Origin: Planktothrix tepida
GTDB taxonomy: Bacteria > Cyanobacteriota > Cyanobacteriia > Cyanobacteriales > Microcoleaceae
Length of the DNA: 64,000 nucleotides
Assembly: GCF_904830955.1 (NCBI RefSeq)
Contig: NZ_LR882970.1
Direction: 5' to 3' (one strand)
Shown here: in pieces, positions 1 to 10,411 of the stretch
How positions within the stretch are numbered: position 1 is the first letter of the stretch
How the letters are laid out: every line of letters begins with the position of its first letter
Made by a program: the position numbers and the translations under genes
Notes under the pieces: model-generated
What the model was told of the DNA's origin: nothing
The model's database searches: none
The model's input: only the letters and a program-made list of their open reading frames with translations

Positions 1-434
1 ACCTATCTTTAAAAATAGATATTCCTGAAAAAGAACCGATTTATAGTGTAGGAAATGAGGAACAACTTTATCGGGTTATTTTTAATTTAGCCATTAATGC
101 GATTCAATATACTCCCCCTAAAGGGCAAATTATTTTCTGTTTATATTCTAGTCATCAACAAGCGATTATTCAAGTCAAAGATACAGGAATTGGCATTCCT
201 TTAACCGAACAATCTCGAATATTTGATCGCTTTTATCGGGTACATAGCGATCGCTCTCGCAAAACCGGAGGATCAGGCTTAGGATTAGCCATTGTTAAAG
301 CCATTGTTAAAGCGCATCGTGGTAGTATTGAGGTAGAAAGTCAACCCGGAATCGGTAGCACTTTTACGATTCGATTACCCCTGAAACCAACTGCAACCCT
401 TGTCTGTTATTCTAAAGGGAAAGCATCAGGATAA
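1..434 (+). CDS. Sensor histidine kinase, C-terminal HATPase_c portion (5'-partial, runs off the window start)
   Basis: Translation in the frame ending at TAA 432-434 gives ...NAIQYTPPKGQIIFCLYSSHQQAIIQVKDTGIGIPLTEQSRIFDRFYRVHSDRSRKTGGSGLGLAIVKAIVKAHRGSIEVESQPGIGSTFTIRLP, which carries the N, G1, F and G2 boxes of histidine-kinase ATPase domains. Confidence 0.8.
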   Translation, partial: LSLKIDIPEKEPIYSVGNEEQLYRVIFNLAINAIQYTPPKGQIIFCLYSSHQQAIIQVKDTGIGIPLTEQSRIFDRFYRVHSDRSRKTGGSGLGLAIVKAIVKAHRGSIEVESQPGIGSTFTIRLPLKPTATLVCYSKGKASG

Positions 435-566
435 TTTTCCGGTTAGATTATAAACATTTGCTATTTTTTCTAAAGTTTTTTAAACTCGATCTAGACTTTC
501 TAGTTACTGGAGACTTTATACTAGAACTATTAATAGAAGTCTTAAATTAATCAGAGGAAATAGACT

Positions 567-1157
567 ATGAAAATCAACCGATCTTATACTCAGATTAAAG
601 GATTTGCGATCGCCACAGGTATTGCATTGATTTTTCTGGGTTATTCCCATCCTTTATTTGCACAGCCGAACTTCAATTCTTCCCAGCAAAATCTTACAGA
701 GGACAATGATGTTGATCCCCCCTGTCGCGAACTGATTGGGCAAAATCATCCCATGATGGGTCAAGGTTGGTGGGGAAATTCTTCCGGGGGAAAAGGTCAA
801 TATTCCCGTTCAATGTATGATCCAAGTCGTGTAGAAACAATTCAAGGAACCGTAATTGAAATACAAGGCGGAAATCGTGGAAATCGAATGCCTCACGGGA
901 TGTATTTACTCATTAAAACTAATACAGAAACCCTCGGAATTCATGTTGGGCCAGTGTGGTATTTAGAACAACAAAACTTTCAAATTAAACCCAATGATGT
1001 TTTAGAAGTGACAGGAACGCGAGTGAATTGGGGAGGACAACAAACTTTAATGGTCGGAGAAATTAAAAAAGGAAATCAAACCTTACAATTACGGGATGCA
1101 AAGGGTTATCCTCGATGGATAGGATGGCAACAACAAACCCCTAGAAGTAATCGTTAA
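567..1157 (+). CDS. Hypothetical secreted protein with signal peptide; possible OB-fold and a Met/Gly/Trp-rich segment
   Basis: 196-aa ORF. The N-terminal hydrophobic stretch followed by AQP fits a signal peptide. No family was recognised with confidence. It lies directly downstream of the histidine kinase. Confidence 0.5.
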   Translation: MKINRSYTQIKGFAIATGIALIFLGYSHPLFAQPNFNSSQQNLTEDNDVDPPCRELIGQNHPMMGQGWWGNSSGGKGQYSRSMYDPSRVETIQGTVIEIQGGNRGNRMPHGMYLLIKTNTETLGIHVGPVWYLEQQNFQIKPNDVLEVTGTRVNWGGQQTLMVGEIKKGNQTLQLRDAKGYPRWIGWQQQTPRSNR

Positions 1158-1247
1158 TTCCCAAATATTAATTTGATCCGGTATCTTTGATCTTGAAAGG
1201 TCAAGGATAGCCAGATTTTAACAGAATTGGTCTTATAATTACCCTTG

Positions 1248-1410
1248 CTAACTCGCCGTTAAAAATAGATAATCGGTGTAACCTTTCTCTAAATTCTGAT
1301 CTCCTTTGCCGTAAAACGTTGCAAAATCAGGAGTATTAAAAGCAGCATCTGTTGCCAAACGTTCAGCTAAATCAGGGTTAGCAATGAATAATTTTCCAAA
1401 AGAAATCAAT
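1248..1410 (-). pseudogene. Remnant of an Old Yellow Enzyme (NADH:flavin oxidoreductase) C-terminus
   Basis: Only the last ~50 aa (ISFGKLFIANPDLAERLATDAAFNTPDFATFYGKGDQNLEKGYTDYLFL) match the conserved OYE/NemA C-terminal block. The TIM-barrel body is absent. Confidence 0.5.
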
Positions 1411-1560
1411 TTCTTTCTGAGAGCTACCACCGCTTTAAACCATTGGTTGGAAATTGCGATTGCTGATAATGGCATTAATATTTCTAAAGAGGTTCAGCAT
1501 CAGATTTTTAATCCATATTTGCCTTTATATTTCCACCTTACTAAATCTCTATGTTAGCTG
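1384..1560 (+). pseudogene. Histidine kinase ATPase-domain fragment
   Basis: A 58-aa frame reads ...ALNHWLEIAIADNGINISKEVQHQIFNPY, a G1/F-box signature of HK ATP-binding domains with no upstream HisKA. It overlaps the OYE fragment and the yhaV 3' end. Confidence 0.35.
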
Positions 1561-2038
1561 CTTTCTCCAAACGATTCGTTTCGCTAGTTGCCTCTTTGAG
1601 TAAATCATCCCAATTATCAGGAGGATAGCCACTGTCAAGCATTTTCTTAAAAACTCGATAAGCGTCTGTATTACTATCGTAAGCTCGTTTAGAGTTTTCA
1701 TCGTTAACCCAAGCGTAGACAATTATTTTGCTTTCTTGATGAAATCGAAAGAACAACCGATATTGTTGAAAAAATTTTGCTCTAAACCAGTGTTTGTAAT
1801 CATCTCCAAGGGTACTCCCTTGACGATACTCGCTACGGGTTGGATCTTGAGGAATAGTATCAAATGCTAACTTTGCGATCGCAGCTAGACGCTTTGTAGC
1901 ATTTTTCTTTTTGTAGTCTTGAGGATACTTCTGGCGCAACTGTTCAACCTGGGTCAGAAGTTCTTCAAACTGGTTAAGAAATAGAGGATGAGCAAATAGA
2001 TTCCACCCATTAATGACAAGCGGTTGATTGACAAACAC
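1541..2038 (-). CDS. yhaV: Type II toxin YhaV (ribosome-dependent RNase)
   Basis: Collinear match to E. coli YhaV: INGWNLFAHPLF vs VNGWALYAHPCF, and YRLFFRFHQESKIIVYAWVNDENSKRAYDSNTDAYRVFKKMLDSGYPPDNW vs YRLFFRYSEKEKVIILGWMNDENTLRTYGKKTDAYTVFSKMLKRGHPPADW. The sequence was recalled from memory. Confidence 0.88.
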   Translation of the reverse strand: MFVNQPLVINGWNLFAHPLFLNQFEELLTQVEQLRQKYPQDYKKKNATKRLAAIAKLAFDTIPQDPTRSEYRQGSTLGDDYKHWFRAKFFQQYRLFFRFHQESKIIVYAWVNDENSKRAYDSNTDAYRVFKKMLDSGYPPDNWDDLLKEATSETNRLEKAANIEI

Positions 2039-2040
2039 AC

Positions 2041-2373
2041 TTACTCATCCTCATCCAAAAGTGGTGCATCCAGATCCAGATCAACATCAGAAACCAACGA
2101 CTGAACACGGTTGACTAAATCAGAGCTAAGTGTTTCTAAGTGCTGAGGATTGTTTTTAATATCTTGTGCTAGAAAATTCAGAAATTCTCCAAGTATTGGA
2201 TCATTTTCTGTTGTGTCAGTACGAGAAATGACGACTTGACCGTCAGACTGGAGGGTGTAGCAAATTTTATCACGTTTATTCAAGCCCAGAGCTTTGCGAA
2301 TCGGCTCAGGAATTGTAGTCTGATAACGATCTGTGAGAGTAGATTCTGAGCATGGGGCGGGTTTTACAGTCAT
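2041..2373 (-). CDS. prlF: Type II antitoxin PrlF (AbrB/SpoVT fold)
   Basis: YQTTIPEPIRKALGL and FLNFLAQDIKNNPQ match PrlF motifs. There is an acidic C-terminal tail. Its stop is 2 nt upstream of the yhaV start, so the two are translationally coupled. Confidence 0.88.
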   Translation of the reverse strand: MTVKPAPCSESTLTDRYQTTIPEPIRKALGLNKRDKICYTLQSDGQVVISRTDTTENDPILGEFLNFLAQDIKNNPQHLETLSSDLVNRVQSLVSDVDLDLDAPLLDEDE

Positions 2374-2523
2374 AGCGACCTCTAAACCGATGGATTAAAC
2401 TGTATTTCTAAGGTAATGCAATTACATTGTCTTGTCAAGATTGACATGATTGAGACTTAATAATGATTCAGTCTATAAGCTGTAATATAATAAATCTATA
2501 TACCCAGACACAAGAGATATAGT

Positions 2524-3234
2524 ATGTTTGAAGTAGAAGAATATTTATTCCCAAATTCTGATACAGTTGAAGGTCATCCAACACATGATGAATATATTAA
2601 TTGCCCTGCAAGCGCATTTCTGAAGTTCTGTGTCAGTGCAAAAGACTCTATTGAATATTGTAAAAACAACTTCCCCAATAACTATAACAATCCTGCGAAT
2701 TTGACTCGGGATAGCAACATTATAACGCAGCATATTATAAATTCTACACTAGCACTCTTAATGGGGCACTTTGAAACGTATCAAAAATATTTATTTGCTG
2801 GCATATTTGAAAAGACTATATATTTACAAGATTTTAAGGCTGATGCTTTTTTTAATAGCTTAGGTTTTAAACATGGAATATTAGAAATTAAGTCAATTCA
2901 TTTACTCGGATATAGAGGAGAAAGTGCAGTTACAACGGGAATTATATTAGCTGATACGTTTGTTCATACTGCTGCAACCCTCACTAAGCCAGATGCACAA
3001 AAAGTACAAAGGTTAAATGATTTTGCAGGAAAAAATATAATTTTCAAGAACAATTTTATTTATGAATTAGCAAAACGAATGCACAGAATGGTTAAAGAGG
3101 CAAACGCAAGGATAAGCAATCCTTTCATGGAGCGACTGAGAAGTGATTGTAATCAACAAGAACGAGACAGTATAAAATTATTTTTTGAAGTAAAAACTCT
3201 TGATCGTAAATGGAAAAATTTCAACTTTGAATAA
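2524..3234 (+). CDS. Hypothetical protein in an AT-rich, HIP1-free islet; possible orphan defense/abortive-infection gene
   Basis: 236-aa ORF. Composition is strongly AT-rich compared with flanking genes. No recognisable catalytic motif. It is divergent from the prlF-yhaV pair. Confidence 0.5.
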   Translation: MFEVEEYLFPNSDTVEGHPTHDEYINCPASAFLKFCVSAKDSIEYCKNNFPNNYNNPANLTRDSNIITQHIINSTLALLMGHFETYQKYLFAGIFEKTIYLQDFKADAFFNSLGFKHGILEIKSIHLLGYRGESAVTTGIILADTFVHTAATLTKPDAQKVQRLNDFAGKNIIFKNNFIYELAKRMHRMVKEANARISNPFMERLRSDCNQQERDSIKLFFEVKTLDRKWKNFNFE

Positions 3235-3369
3235 AACTGACTCAATTCTCAGCTTATTCCTAAATCAACCCTCATCCTTTCCCCGAACAACGAACTGACC
3301 TGCTACCATAGTCATCAACTTGAACGACTCAAGACTCAATACCAGATTGTTTTAATTTTCCCAACATCA

Positions 3370-5007
3370 ATGAGAACTTCAAAACTTTTATCTCGGACAA
3401 GCACTCAGTCAGCAAAATTTACCGTTTCCAGCTTAATTTTCTTTTCTTTACTCGTTTTTTCTCCCATTCCCACCCTCGCCCAAGACCCAGACCCCCAAGC
3501 TCAAAACACCAACCCAACGTTAAAAATCGGTGTAGTGCAACACTTTGGCCAAAAACCCACCGATCAACTCATTCTCAAAGCACAACCGGGAGATCACTTA
3601 ACCCTAGAGTTTCAAACGCCCCAAGGAGACAAAGAACTGCATACGGAGACGGTGATCCTGAAAATCGGAGTTGAACCCCTCCCTGAACCTGAAGTTGAGG
3701 AAAGGGTGGTTTTGAGTACCCACCGCAGCTATGAAAATGCTGAAGAAGATGCTCAAAAATGGCGAGCGCTCGGTTTAGAAGTAGAATTAGCTCAACCGGA
3801 TCGTTGGCAAGTTTGGGGGAAACGTAGCGTCTATAATACCCCCCTGCTGCGACGTTGGTTAATCGATAGTTTACAAGCCCAAGGTCATAAAATCCCTAGT
3901 TTGGAAACTCAAGTTCTCACCCAAAAACGTACCCCCTATTGGACAACCGCAGGATATCGTTACAACCGTAATCAACTGGAGATTACAACCCCCCAGAATG
4001 TGATTCAAGTGAGTCAAAAACCGAATGATCCCCAACCTCTGGTTTATGGGGGAAGTTTACAACTGCAACCCGATGCTTACGGAACCTACACCCTGGTTAA
4101 TAACGTGCCATTAGAGACTTATTTACGGGGTGTCGTGCCACATGAAATTGGAGCTTGGCCCCCGGAGGCGTCTATCGAAGCCCAAGCGGTTTTAGCGCGA
4201 ACCTATGCGTTACGAAATCTGCGACGATTTGAAGCGGATAATTATCATCTCTGTGCTAATACGGACTGTCAAGTGTATAAAGGGTTAACGGAAGTTTATC
4301 CCAGTACGGATGAAGCCATTGATGTTACGAGTGGTTTAGTTTTAACCTATAACAATCAATTGACGGATGCGGTGTATTTTTCCACCAGTGGGGGAGTTAC
4401 TGCTAATTATAATGATATTTGGAATGGGGAACCGCGACCTTATTTACAAGGAATTATTGATGCTCCGAATAAAATTTGGGATTTATCTCAACAAAATTTA
4501 GCGTCAGAACCGAATTTTCGACGGTTTATGAATTTGCAAAAGGGATTTAATGAAACCGGAGAATATGATTTTCGCTGGCGAGAAGAAACAACTTTAGAAT
4601 CCATTGCAGAACAATTGCGGTATTACTTGAAACGGCGCAATCTGCCTGATGCCAATTTTAAAAAAGTTCAAAAAATTGAAATTGTAGAGCGATCGCAAAC
4701 GGGACGAGTTTTGAAAATGACGGTAACGACAGATCAAGGCGTTTTGGAAATTTCTAAGGATGAAATCCAAAGTGCTTTTTTACCCCCGATTAGCACGTTA
4801 TTTTATATTGATCCGGTTTACAACCCTAACAAAACCTTGAAAGGTTACGTCTTTGTTGGGGGTGGTTATGGACATGGGGTAGGTATGAGTCAAACGGGTT
4901 CTTATCACTTGGCTAAATTGGGATGGTCAAGCGAGGAAATTTTAAACTTTTACTTCCCTGGAACCCAACTACAACCGTTTAATACTGTGATGCAGTTGGG
5001 ACAATAA
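3370..5007 (+). CDS. SpoIID/LytB domain protein (secreted)
   Basis: Signal peptide, then the SpoIID core block YLRGVVPHEIGAWPPEASIEAQAVLARTYALRNLRRFEADNYHLCANTDCQVYKG, and the C-terminal GGGYGHGVGMSQTGSYHLA motif. Confidence 0.85.
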   Translation: MRTSKLLSRTSTQSAKFTVSSLIFFSLLVFSPIPTLAQDPDPQAQNTNPTLKIGVVQHFGQKPTDQLILKAQPGDHLTLEFQTPQGDKELHTETVILKIGVEPLPEPEVEERVVLSTHRSYENAEEDAQKWRALGLEVELAQPDRWQVWGKRSVYNTPLLRRWLIDSLQAQGHKIPSLETQVLTQKRTPYWTTAGYRYNRNQLEITTPQNVIQVSQKPNDPQPLVYGGSLQLQPDAYGTYTLVNNVPLETYLRGVVPHEIGAWPPEASIEAQAVLARTYALRNLRRFEADNYHLCANTDCQVYKGLTEVYPSTDEAIDVTSGLVLTYNNQLTDAVYFSTSGGVTANYNDIWNGEPRPYLQGIIDAPNKIWDLSQQNLASEPNFRRFMNLQKGFNETGEYDFRWREETTLESIAEQLRYYLKRRNLPDANFKKVQKIEIVERSQTGRVLKMTVTTDQGVLEISKDEIQSAFLPPISTLFYIDPVYNPNKTLKGYVFVGGGYGHGVGMSQTGSYHLAKLGWSSEEILNFYFPGTQLQPFNTVMQLGQ

Positions 5008-5023
5008 CAAAAACTCCAAGTTC

Positions 5024-5064
5024 AACGTTGAAAGATATCAATAACGCTGAACTTGGAATCAAAA
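5024..5064. terminator. Hairpin between the convergent SpoIID and petF genes; candidate bidirectional terminator
   Basis: CCAAGTTCAACG (5024-5035) and CGCTGAACTTGG (5053-5064) form an 11/12-bp stem with a 17-nt loop, lying between the two stop codons. Confidence 0.4.
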
Positions 5065-5072
5065 ACTCATCA

Positions 5073-5381
<309 letters not shown>

Positions 5382-5784
5382 TCATAAATTTCGATAAAAT
5401 TTGAAAAATCTCTTAGGCTTCACCAAAGCGTTCACTCGCCTTTGTTGACATCACAGATTTTTTTCACCCTTTGATATTAAGAGAAAAAGTGAAAGATGTA
5501 AAACAGGATTAACCTAAATTGTGAATGGGATTTATTATAATTTTTTATAATTATATCTTAATTGCTTATAGTTCACCTGTTGATGATTGACCCTAGAATT
5601 ATCTCAGATCAAGGCTCTGAGAAAGGCATGAAGTTAGGTCAGTGGCAGTCCAAACTCTCAATTTTTCTTCCCTAGACCTTGACTTCAGCCTTTCAATTCA
5701 TTGAAGTCGTTTGCCCATTAGGAGATCAAAGCTTAATGTTGAGTCAGATGGGTCAACCTTAAACTCTGAACCCTAACCCAAGGA

Positions 5785-6105
<321 letters not shown>

Positions 6106-6412
6106 CTATAAAAATCACTTATGCAAATCAAAAGCGTTAATTAGCCTTCGTTTGCATCGCCGATTTATTTTACCTCTCGATATTAGAAGAAAAAGTGAAG
6201 AATGTAAAACCTTGTTAAGCGACCTTTTGAAAGGGATTTATTATAAATTTTTCTAATTACATCTTGATTACTTATATCTAGTCTTTGTGTCCCAGGGAGA
6301 AGAGCAGATTAGAGAAACCAGGGGAGAATGGGACAGATGGGGTTTTAGTTGCTGGTTAAGTGGGTGTAGGGTATTAAGTCGGATGAATATTTGAGATCAG
6401 GAGTTGGTGATC

Positions 6413-7423
6413 ATGAGTCAATCTTTAGATTTATCTTGGGGTAAGGTTTCTCAACCCCTAGGAGTGGGTATTGTTGGGACAGGATATGCAGCAAAAATGC
6501 GAGCAACAGCCTTAAAGGCCGATGAGCGATCGCAACTTGTGGCCATTTCGGGTCATACCTCCGCTTCAACCCTTGCGTTGAGTCAAGAATTTGATGTGAC
6601 AGTATCGGCATCTTGGACAGATTTAGTCCAACGACCGGATATCGATTTAGTCATGATTTGTACAATTAATCGAGATCATGGCCAGATTGCTCGTCACGCC
6701 TTAGAACAGGGTAAACACGTCGTTGTCGAATATCCCCTGAGTTTAGATCCCCAGGAAGCAGAATCTTTAATTACCCTCGCCCAAGAGAAAAACAAACTCC
6801 TCCATGTTGAACATATTGAACTCTTGGGGGGACTGCACAACGCAATCAAAGCATCCCTAGCAGCTATTGGTCAAGTATTTTATGTTCGCTATGTCACGTT
6901 TAACCCCCAACATCCAGCCTCTCGGAAATGGACATATCAACCGTCTTTATTTGGGTTTCCCCTGAGTGGAGCTTTGTCCCGTTTGCATCGGTTTACGGAT
7001 TTATTTGGAACCGTAGCCAGTGTTAACTGTCAAAATCAATATTGGGAGATTGAACCGGATCTGTACAAAGCTTGTTTATGTCATGCCCAGTTAACCTTTA
7101 ATAATGGCATCCTGGGAGAATCGGTTTATGGTAAAGGGGAGGTTTTTTGGCAGTCGGAAAATACGTTTACCCTCTATGGAGAACAGGGAACATTAATTTT
7201 TACCCCCGAAAAGGGCCAACTGATTCAAAACGATACCATTCAAACCCTTGAAGTTGCTTCTCGTCGGGGATTATTTGTTAAAGATACCCAAATGGTTTTA
7301 GATTGTCTCTACCAAGGAACCCCCCTTTATGTAACACCAGAAGCCAGTTTATATAGTCTAAAAGTGGCTGAGGCGGCCCGACAGTCGAGTTTATCCGGGC
7401 AAAAATACAATCTAAATCCCTAG
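6413..7423 (+). CDS. bvdR: Biliverdin reductase (Gfo/Idh/MocA-like fold)
   Basis: GKHVVVEYPLSLDPQEAESLITLAQEKNKLLHVEHIELLGG aligns with human BVR-A [41 protein letters not shown] (recalled). FGFPLSGALSRLHRFTDLFG aligns with [20 protein letters not shown]. The N-terminal GIVGTGYAA Rossmann motif is present. The ATG at 6413 is preferred over the upstream TTG 6404 because an AGGAG sits 10 nt upstream. Confidence 0.75.
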   Translation: MSQSLDLSWGKVSQPLGVGIVGTGYAAKMRATALKADERSQLVAISGHTSASTLALSQEFDVTVSASWTDLVQRPDIDLVMICTINRDHGQIARHALEQGKHVVVEYPLSLDPQEAESLITLAQEKNKLLHVEHIELLGGLHNAIKASLAAIGQVFYVRYVTFNPQHPASRKWTYQPSLFGFPLSGALSRLHRFTDLFGTVASVNCQNQYWEIEPDLYKACLCHAQLTFNNGILGESVYGKGEVFWQSENTFTLYGEQGTLIFTPEKGQLIQNDTIQTLEVASRRGLFVKDTQMVLDCLYQGTPLYVTPEASLYSLKVAEAARQSSLSGQKYNLNP

Positions 7424-7562
7424 AAGATTTTCTCTGTTAGAAGCTGAAATTGATCGGGATATCCTCAAAAATCACATTAAAATCCGTAATTTTAGCTATT
7501 CTATCAGAGATGTTTTTCAAGAGTTATGCGATCGCTATTCGCCACAAACGAGGTTAACCGAT

Positions 7563-7970
7563 ATGTCCATTAAACCTAGCCAATTAATCATAGCAGGTGG
7601 AATCGGGGTGATTGCTGGGGTAACAATTGCTGTGATGACGGTTCAGTCTCCCTCATCGAAATCGTCCCCTACTCCTCAAACCCAGTCTCCTCGACCTTCT
7701 GAACCCCCCATTACCTCAGTTCCCGCATCCGTTCCCAACACACCACCACCATCGGAAAGTCGTCCGATTGCTGTCATTAAACCCCCTGTGGAGGGTTGCA
7801 AAGTTAGCACAGCCGTTGTCAAAGATCCCGATCCACCATTGAACGTTCGTTCAACACCGGAAGTAACAGAGGGTAATATTGTCGGTCAATTGAATAATAA
7901 TACCTTTGTTTTTGTAATTGAAGAAAAAAGTAGACTTATTGCCTGTAGACTTATTGCCTACAAAAGTTGA
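7563..7970 (+). CDS. Membrane-anchored Pro-rich protein with a bacterial SH3-like (SH3b) domain, apparently 3'-truncated
   Basis: TM helix, then a P/S/T-rich linker, then LNVRSTPEVTEGNIVGQLNNNTFVFVIEE, an SH3b signature. The reading frame leaves the SH3b fold exactly where the AT-rich restriction-modification block begins (~7926). Confidence 0.5.
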   Translation: MSIKPSQLIIAGGIGVIAGVTIAVMTVQSPSSKSSPTPQTQSPRPSEPPITSVPASVPNTPPPSESRPIAVIKPPVEGCKVSTAVVKDPDPPLNVRSTPEVTEGNIVGQLNNNTFVFVIEEKSRLIACRLIAYKS

Positions 7971-7980
7971 TGATATTCAC

Positions 7981-8238
7981 GTGAATATAAATTCAAAACA
8001 AAATATTAAATATCGCTTTGGTAAAGCCATAAGGCGACGTCGCCGAGAGTTAGACCTATCTCAAGAAGATCTAGCAGAACGCTCAGAACTTCATCGCACC
8101 TATATTTCGAGTATAGAGAGAGGTCAGCGAAACCCCTCTTTAGAAAATATTGAAAAGATAGCACAAGCTTTGAGGATTTCTATCTCTGATTTGTTTGCAA
8201 AATATAGTATAGAGGAAGAGAAGGAAACGGATGAGTAA
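7981..8238 (+). CDS. Controller (C) protein of a restriction-modification system, HTH_XRE family
   Basis: LDLSQEDLAERSELHRTYISSIERGQRNPSLENIEKIAQALRISISDLF is the canonical C-protein helix-turn-helix. The start is uncertain: GTG 7981, or the TTG at 7918 used in the ORF track. Its stop overlaps the ATG of the downstream gene. Confidence 0.75.
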   Translation: MNINSKQNIKYRFGKAIRRRRRELDLSQEDLAERSELHRTYISSIERGQRNPSLENIEKIAQALRISISDLFAKYSIEEEKETDE

Positions 8239-9190
8239 GGAACATTGGTTTTTAAAACAAGAAACAGAGAAGGATACGAAATATACAATTAAAGGTAGTG
8301 AGGTTTACCAAACACTATATCCACAAATTAAAGATAAGATTGATAAAAATGAATCAGTTATTGATATTCTCACTTGGATAGAGGCAGAAGTAAAAACAGC
8401 TTATAATGAAGCTTATAAAGGTTCTGAAATCGAGCTAACCCAAGGTGCACTGAATAATTGTAGAGGTCAATGGAATGAATTCTTAATTACTAGCTTTTTA
8501 GCTGAAATTGCTATAGATTTCTATTCAACTCATAAACTCTATTTTGTACCTTTTCGCTTAGCACGTTCTGGGGAAACTAATAAAACTGTTAAGAAACCGA
8601 AATCACAAAAAAAGGGAACGAGTCAGGAAACTGTATCAACTGAGGAAACTGTATCATCAGAAGCAGCATCCAAGTTTTTAGCACTCTTTCATAAAGATGA
8701 ATTTAAAGAGAACAAAGGCTTACACCATATTAATCAATTCAAAGATAACATATTTTTTTCGAGTCCTGACTATGTTTTATCAATCTTAGATGATCAAGGC
8801 TTGTTTAATCAGATTCAACCTTTATTAAATCAACAAGCAAACGAAGCGGAATCTTTAGGAACTGAAATTTATAAATTATTACAAGGTAAACTAAAAGCGC
8901 AAGAAGTTAAAGCAGTCCTATCTGTCAAAATTTCTAACCGTCCAGATCGTCGTTATCAAGCATTATATGAAACAGCAATGATCAAAGCGATTGGATATGC
9001 TTGTGGGCAAAACTGGAAATATTATATGGTTACGGCAAAACAAGCTTCACTATCAGATGTAAAAATTTTTACTAAAGGAATTGCACCTCATGGAATCGCC
9101 ATTAAGCGAGAATTGATAAGCGTAGATCAGGTTTACTCCTGTTCTAATAAACAAGATTTGATCAAGTTAGTCGAAGATGCTTTACCCTAA
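8231..9190 (+). CDS. Putative type II restriction endonuclease
   Basis: 319-aa AT-rich ORF. It is translationally coupled to the C-protein (ATGA overlap) and convergent with a cytosine-5 methyltransferase. A D...E-x-K-like arrangement (VIDILTWIEAEVK) is compatible with the PD-(D/E)XK fold. No family was assigned. Confidence 0.55.
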   Translation: MSKEHWFLKQETEKDTKYTIKGSEVYQTLYPQIKDKIDKNESVIDILTWIEAEVKTAYNEAYKGSEIELTQGALNNCRGQWNEFLITSFLAEIAIDFYSTHKLYFVPFRLARSGETNKTVKKPKSQKKGTSQETVSTEETVSSEAASKFLALFHKDEFKENKGLHHINQFKDNIFFSSPDYVLSILDDQGLFNQIQPLLNQQANEAESLGTEIYKLLQGKLKAQEVKAVLSVKISNRPDRRYQALYETAMIKAIGYACGQNWKYYMVTAKQASLSDVKIFTKGIAPHGIAIKRELISVDQVYSCSNKQDLIKLVEDALP

Positions 9191-9199
9191 TCATTAGGA

Positions 9200-10411
9200 T
9201 TAGATCGTATATTTTTCAGAACTACTATAAACCAATGGTAATTCTAATTGGTGAATCATAGGAACTTTATAGGTTAAATATTTTTGGCTTAGAAAATCTA
9301 AAATCGTTTCAGCGATACCTCTAGCTGCTAAATAAGGAACACCATTACCAATCGTTTTAAACATACTACTGAGACTCATTTTAGAAGGTAATACAAATTC
9401 TTTAGGTAAAGATTGTATTGCCAGTGCTTCTGCTGCTGAAATACGGCGAATTTTATAGGGATGGAGATGAACTTCATTATTACCATAACAAGCGGTTGGA
9501 GAATAACGCCATCGATGAAGACGTTTATAGGATTTTTTGCAATCATCTCCTTCAGGAATGATACTAAACTTAGCTAAACCTGCTCTGGGTTTAAAATAGT
9601 GTTCTGCGTTAGGATGAAAAACAACATTATTTTTTCTAAACCAATATTCAACCGTTAATTCTTCAGGAATACCCGGAGGACAATCTAAAACAGAATTTTC
9701 TACAAATGAATCTAATTTAGGCCAGGAATAAGAGAAAACCTGATCTCTAGGATAGATAATATGTTGTTTCCAAGGAAATAAGCCATCAGGAATTACTGAA
9801 CTATAACAGCTATCAAAACCTATATTATTGAGTAATGATTCTTGAAAACCAATTAAGATCAGTCGATCTCGATCTTGGGGAACTCCATATTCAATGGCAT
9901 TAATTAAACGTTCGGTCAAACGATAATTATTGAACGTAAGTTTTCGCTTCATTTCTTCATAAAACATTCGGTGTTTTTTCGTAGACCATAACCCCTTAAC
10001 ATTCTCAAAAACAAAAAAATCGGGTCGCTGCTGACAAATTAACTCAACGTAACACGCTGTCAATTTTCCTTGATCACCATTTTTACCTCGATTTTTCCCC
10101 CCTACAGAAAAATCAGGACAGGGAGGGCCAGCAATAAAACCAATTAAATCTGAAGTTTGGCGAGTTTGTTTAACTAAAACTTGTAAATGCTCTTTTCGAT
10201 TTCCTTCTGTTAAGTTAATAATATCATCCTCAAAATATCCATATTCGGGTTCAGGAATTCCTAAGATTTGTCGAGAGTAACAATAAGCCTCTAAAAATGG
10301 CGGGTAAATTTCATTAACAAAAGCAACATTAAAGCCACTATGTTCAAACCCTAAATCTAAAAAACCTGCGCCAGAAAAAAAAGAAAATAATTGAATATTC
10401 TTAGAATTCAT
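9200..10411 (-). CDS. DNA (cytosine-5)-methyltransferase
   Basis: m5C MTase motifs are present: I FSGAGFLDLGF, IV GPPCPDFS, VI ENV, VIII QDRDRL. Composition is AT-rich like the neighbouring REase and C genes. Confidence 0.85.
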   Translation of the reverse strand: MNSKNIQLFSFFSGAGFLDLGFEHSGFNVAFVNEIYPPFLEAYCYSRQILGIPEPEYGYFEDDIINLTEGNRKEHLQVLVKQTRQTSDLIGFIAGPPCPDFSVGGKNRGKNGDQGKLTACYVELICQQRPDFFVFENVKGLWSTKKHRMFYEEMKRKLTFNNYRLTERLINAIEYGVPQDRDRLILIGFQESLLNNIGFDSCYSSVIPDGLFPWKQHIIYPRDQVFSYSWPKLDSFVENSVLDCPPGIPEELTVEYWFRKNNVVFHPNAEHYFKPRAGLAKFSIIPEGDDCKKSYKRLHRWRYSPTACYGNNEVHLHPYKIRRISAAEALAIQSLPKEFVLPSKMSLSSMFKTIGNGVPYLAARGIAETILDFLSQKYLTYKVPMIHQLELPLVYSSSEKYTI

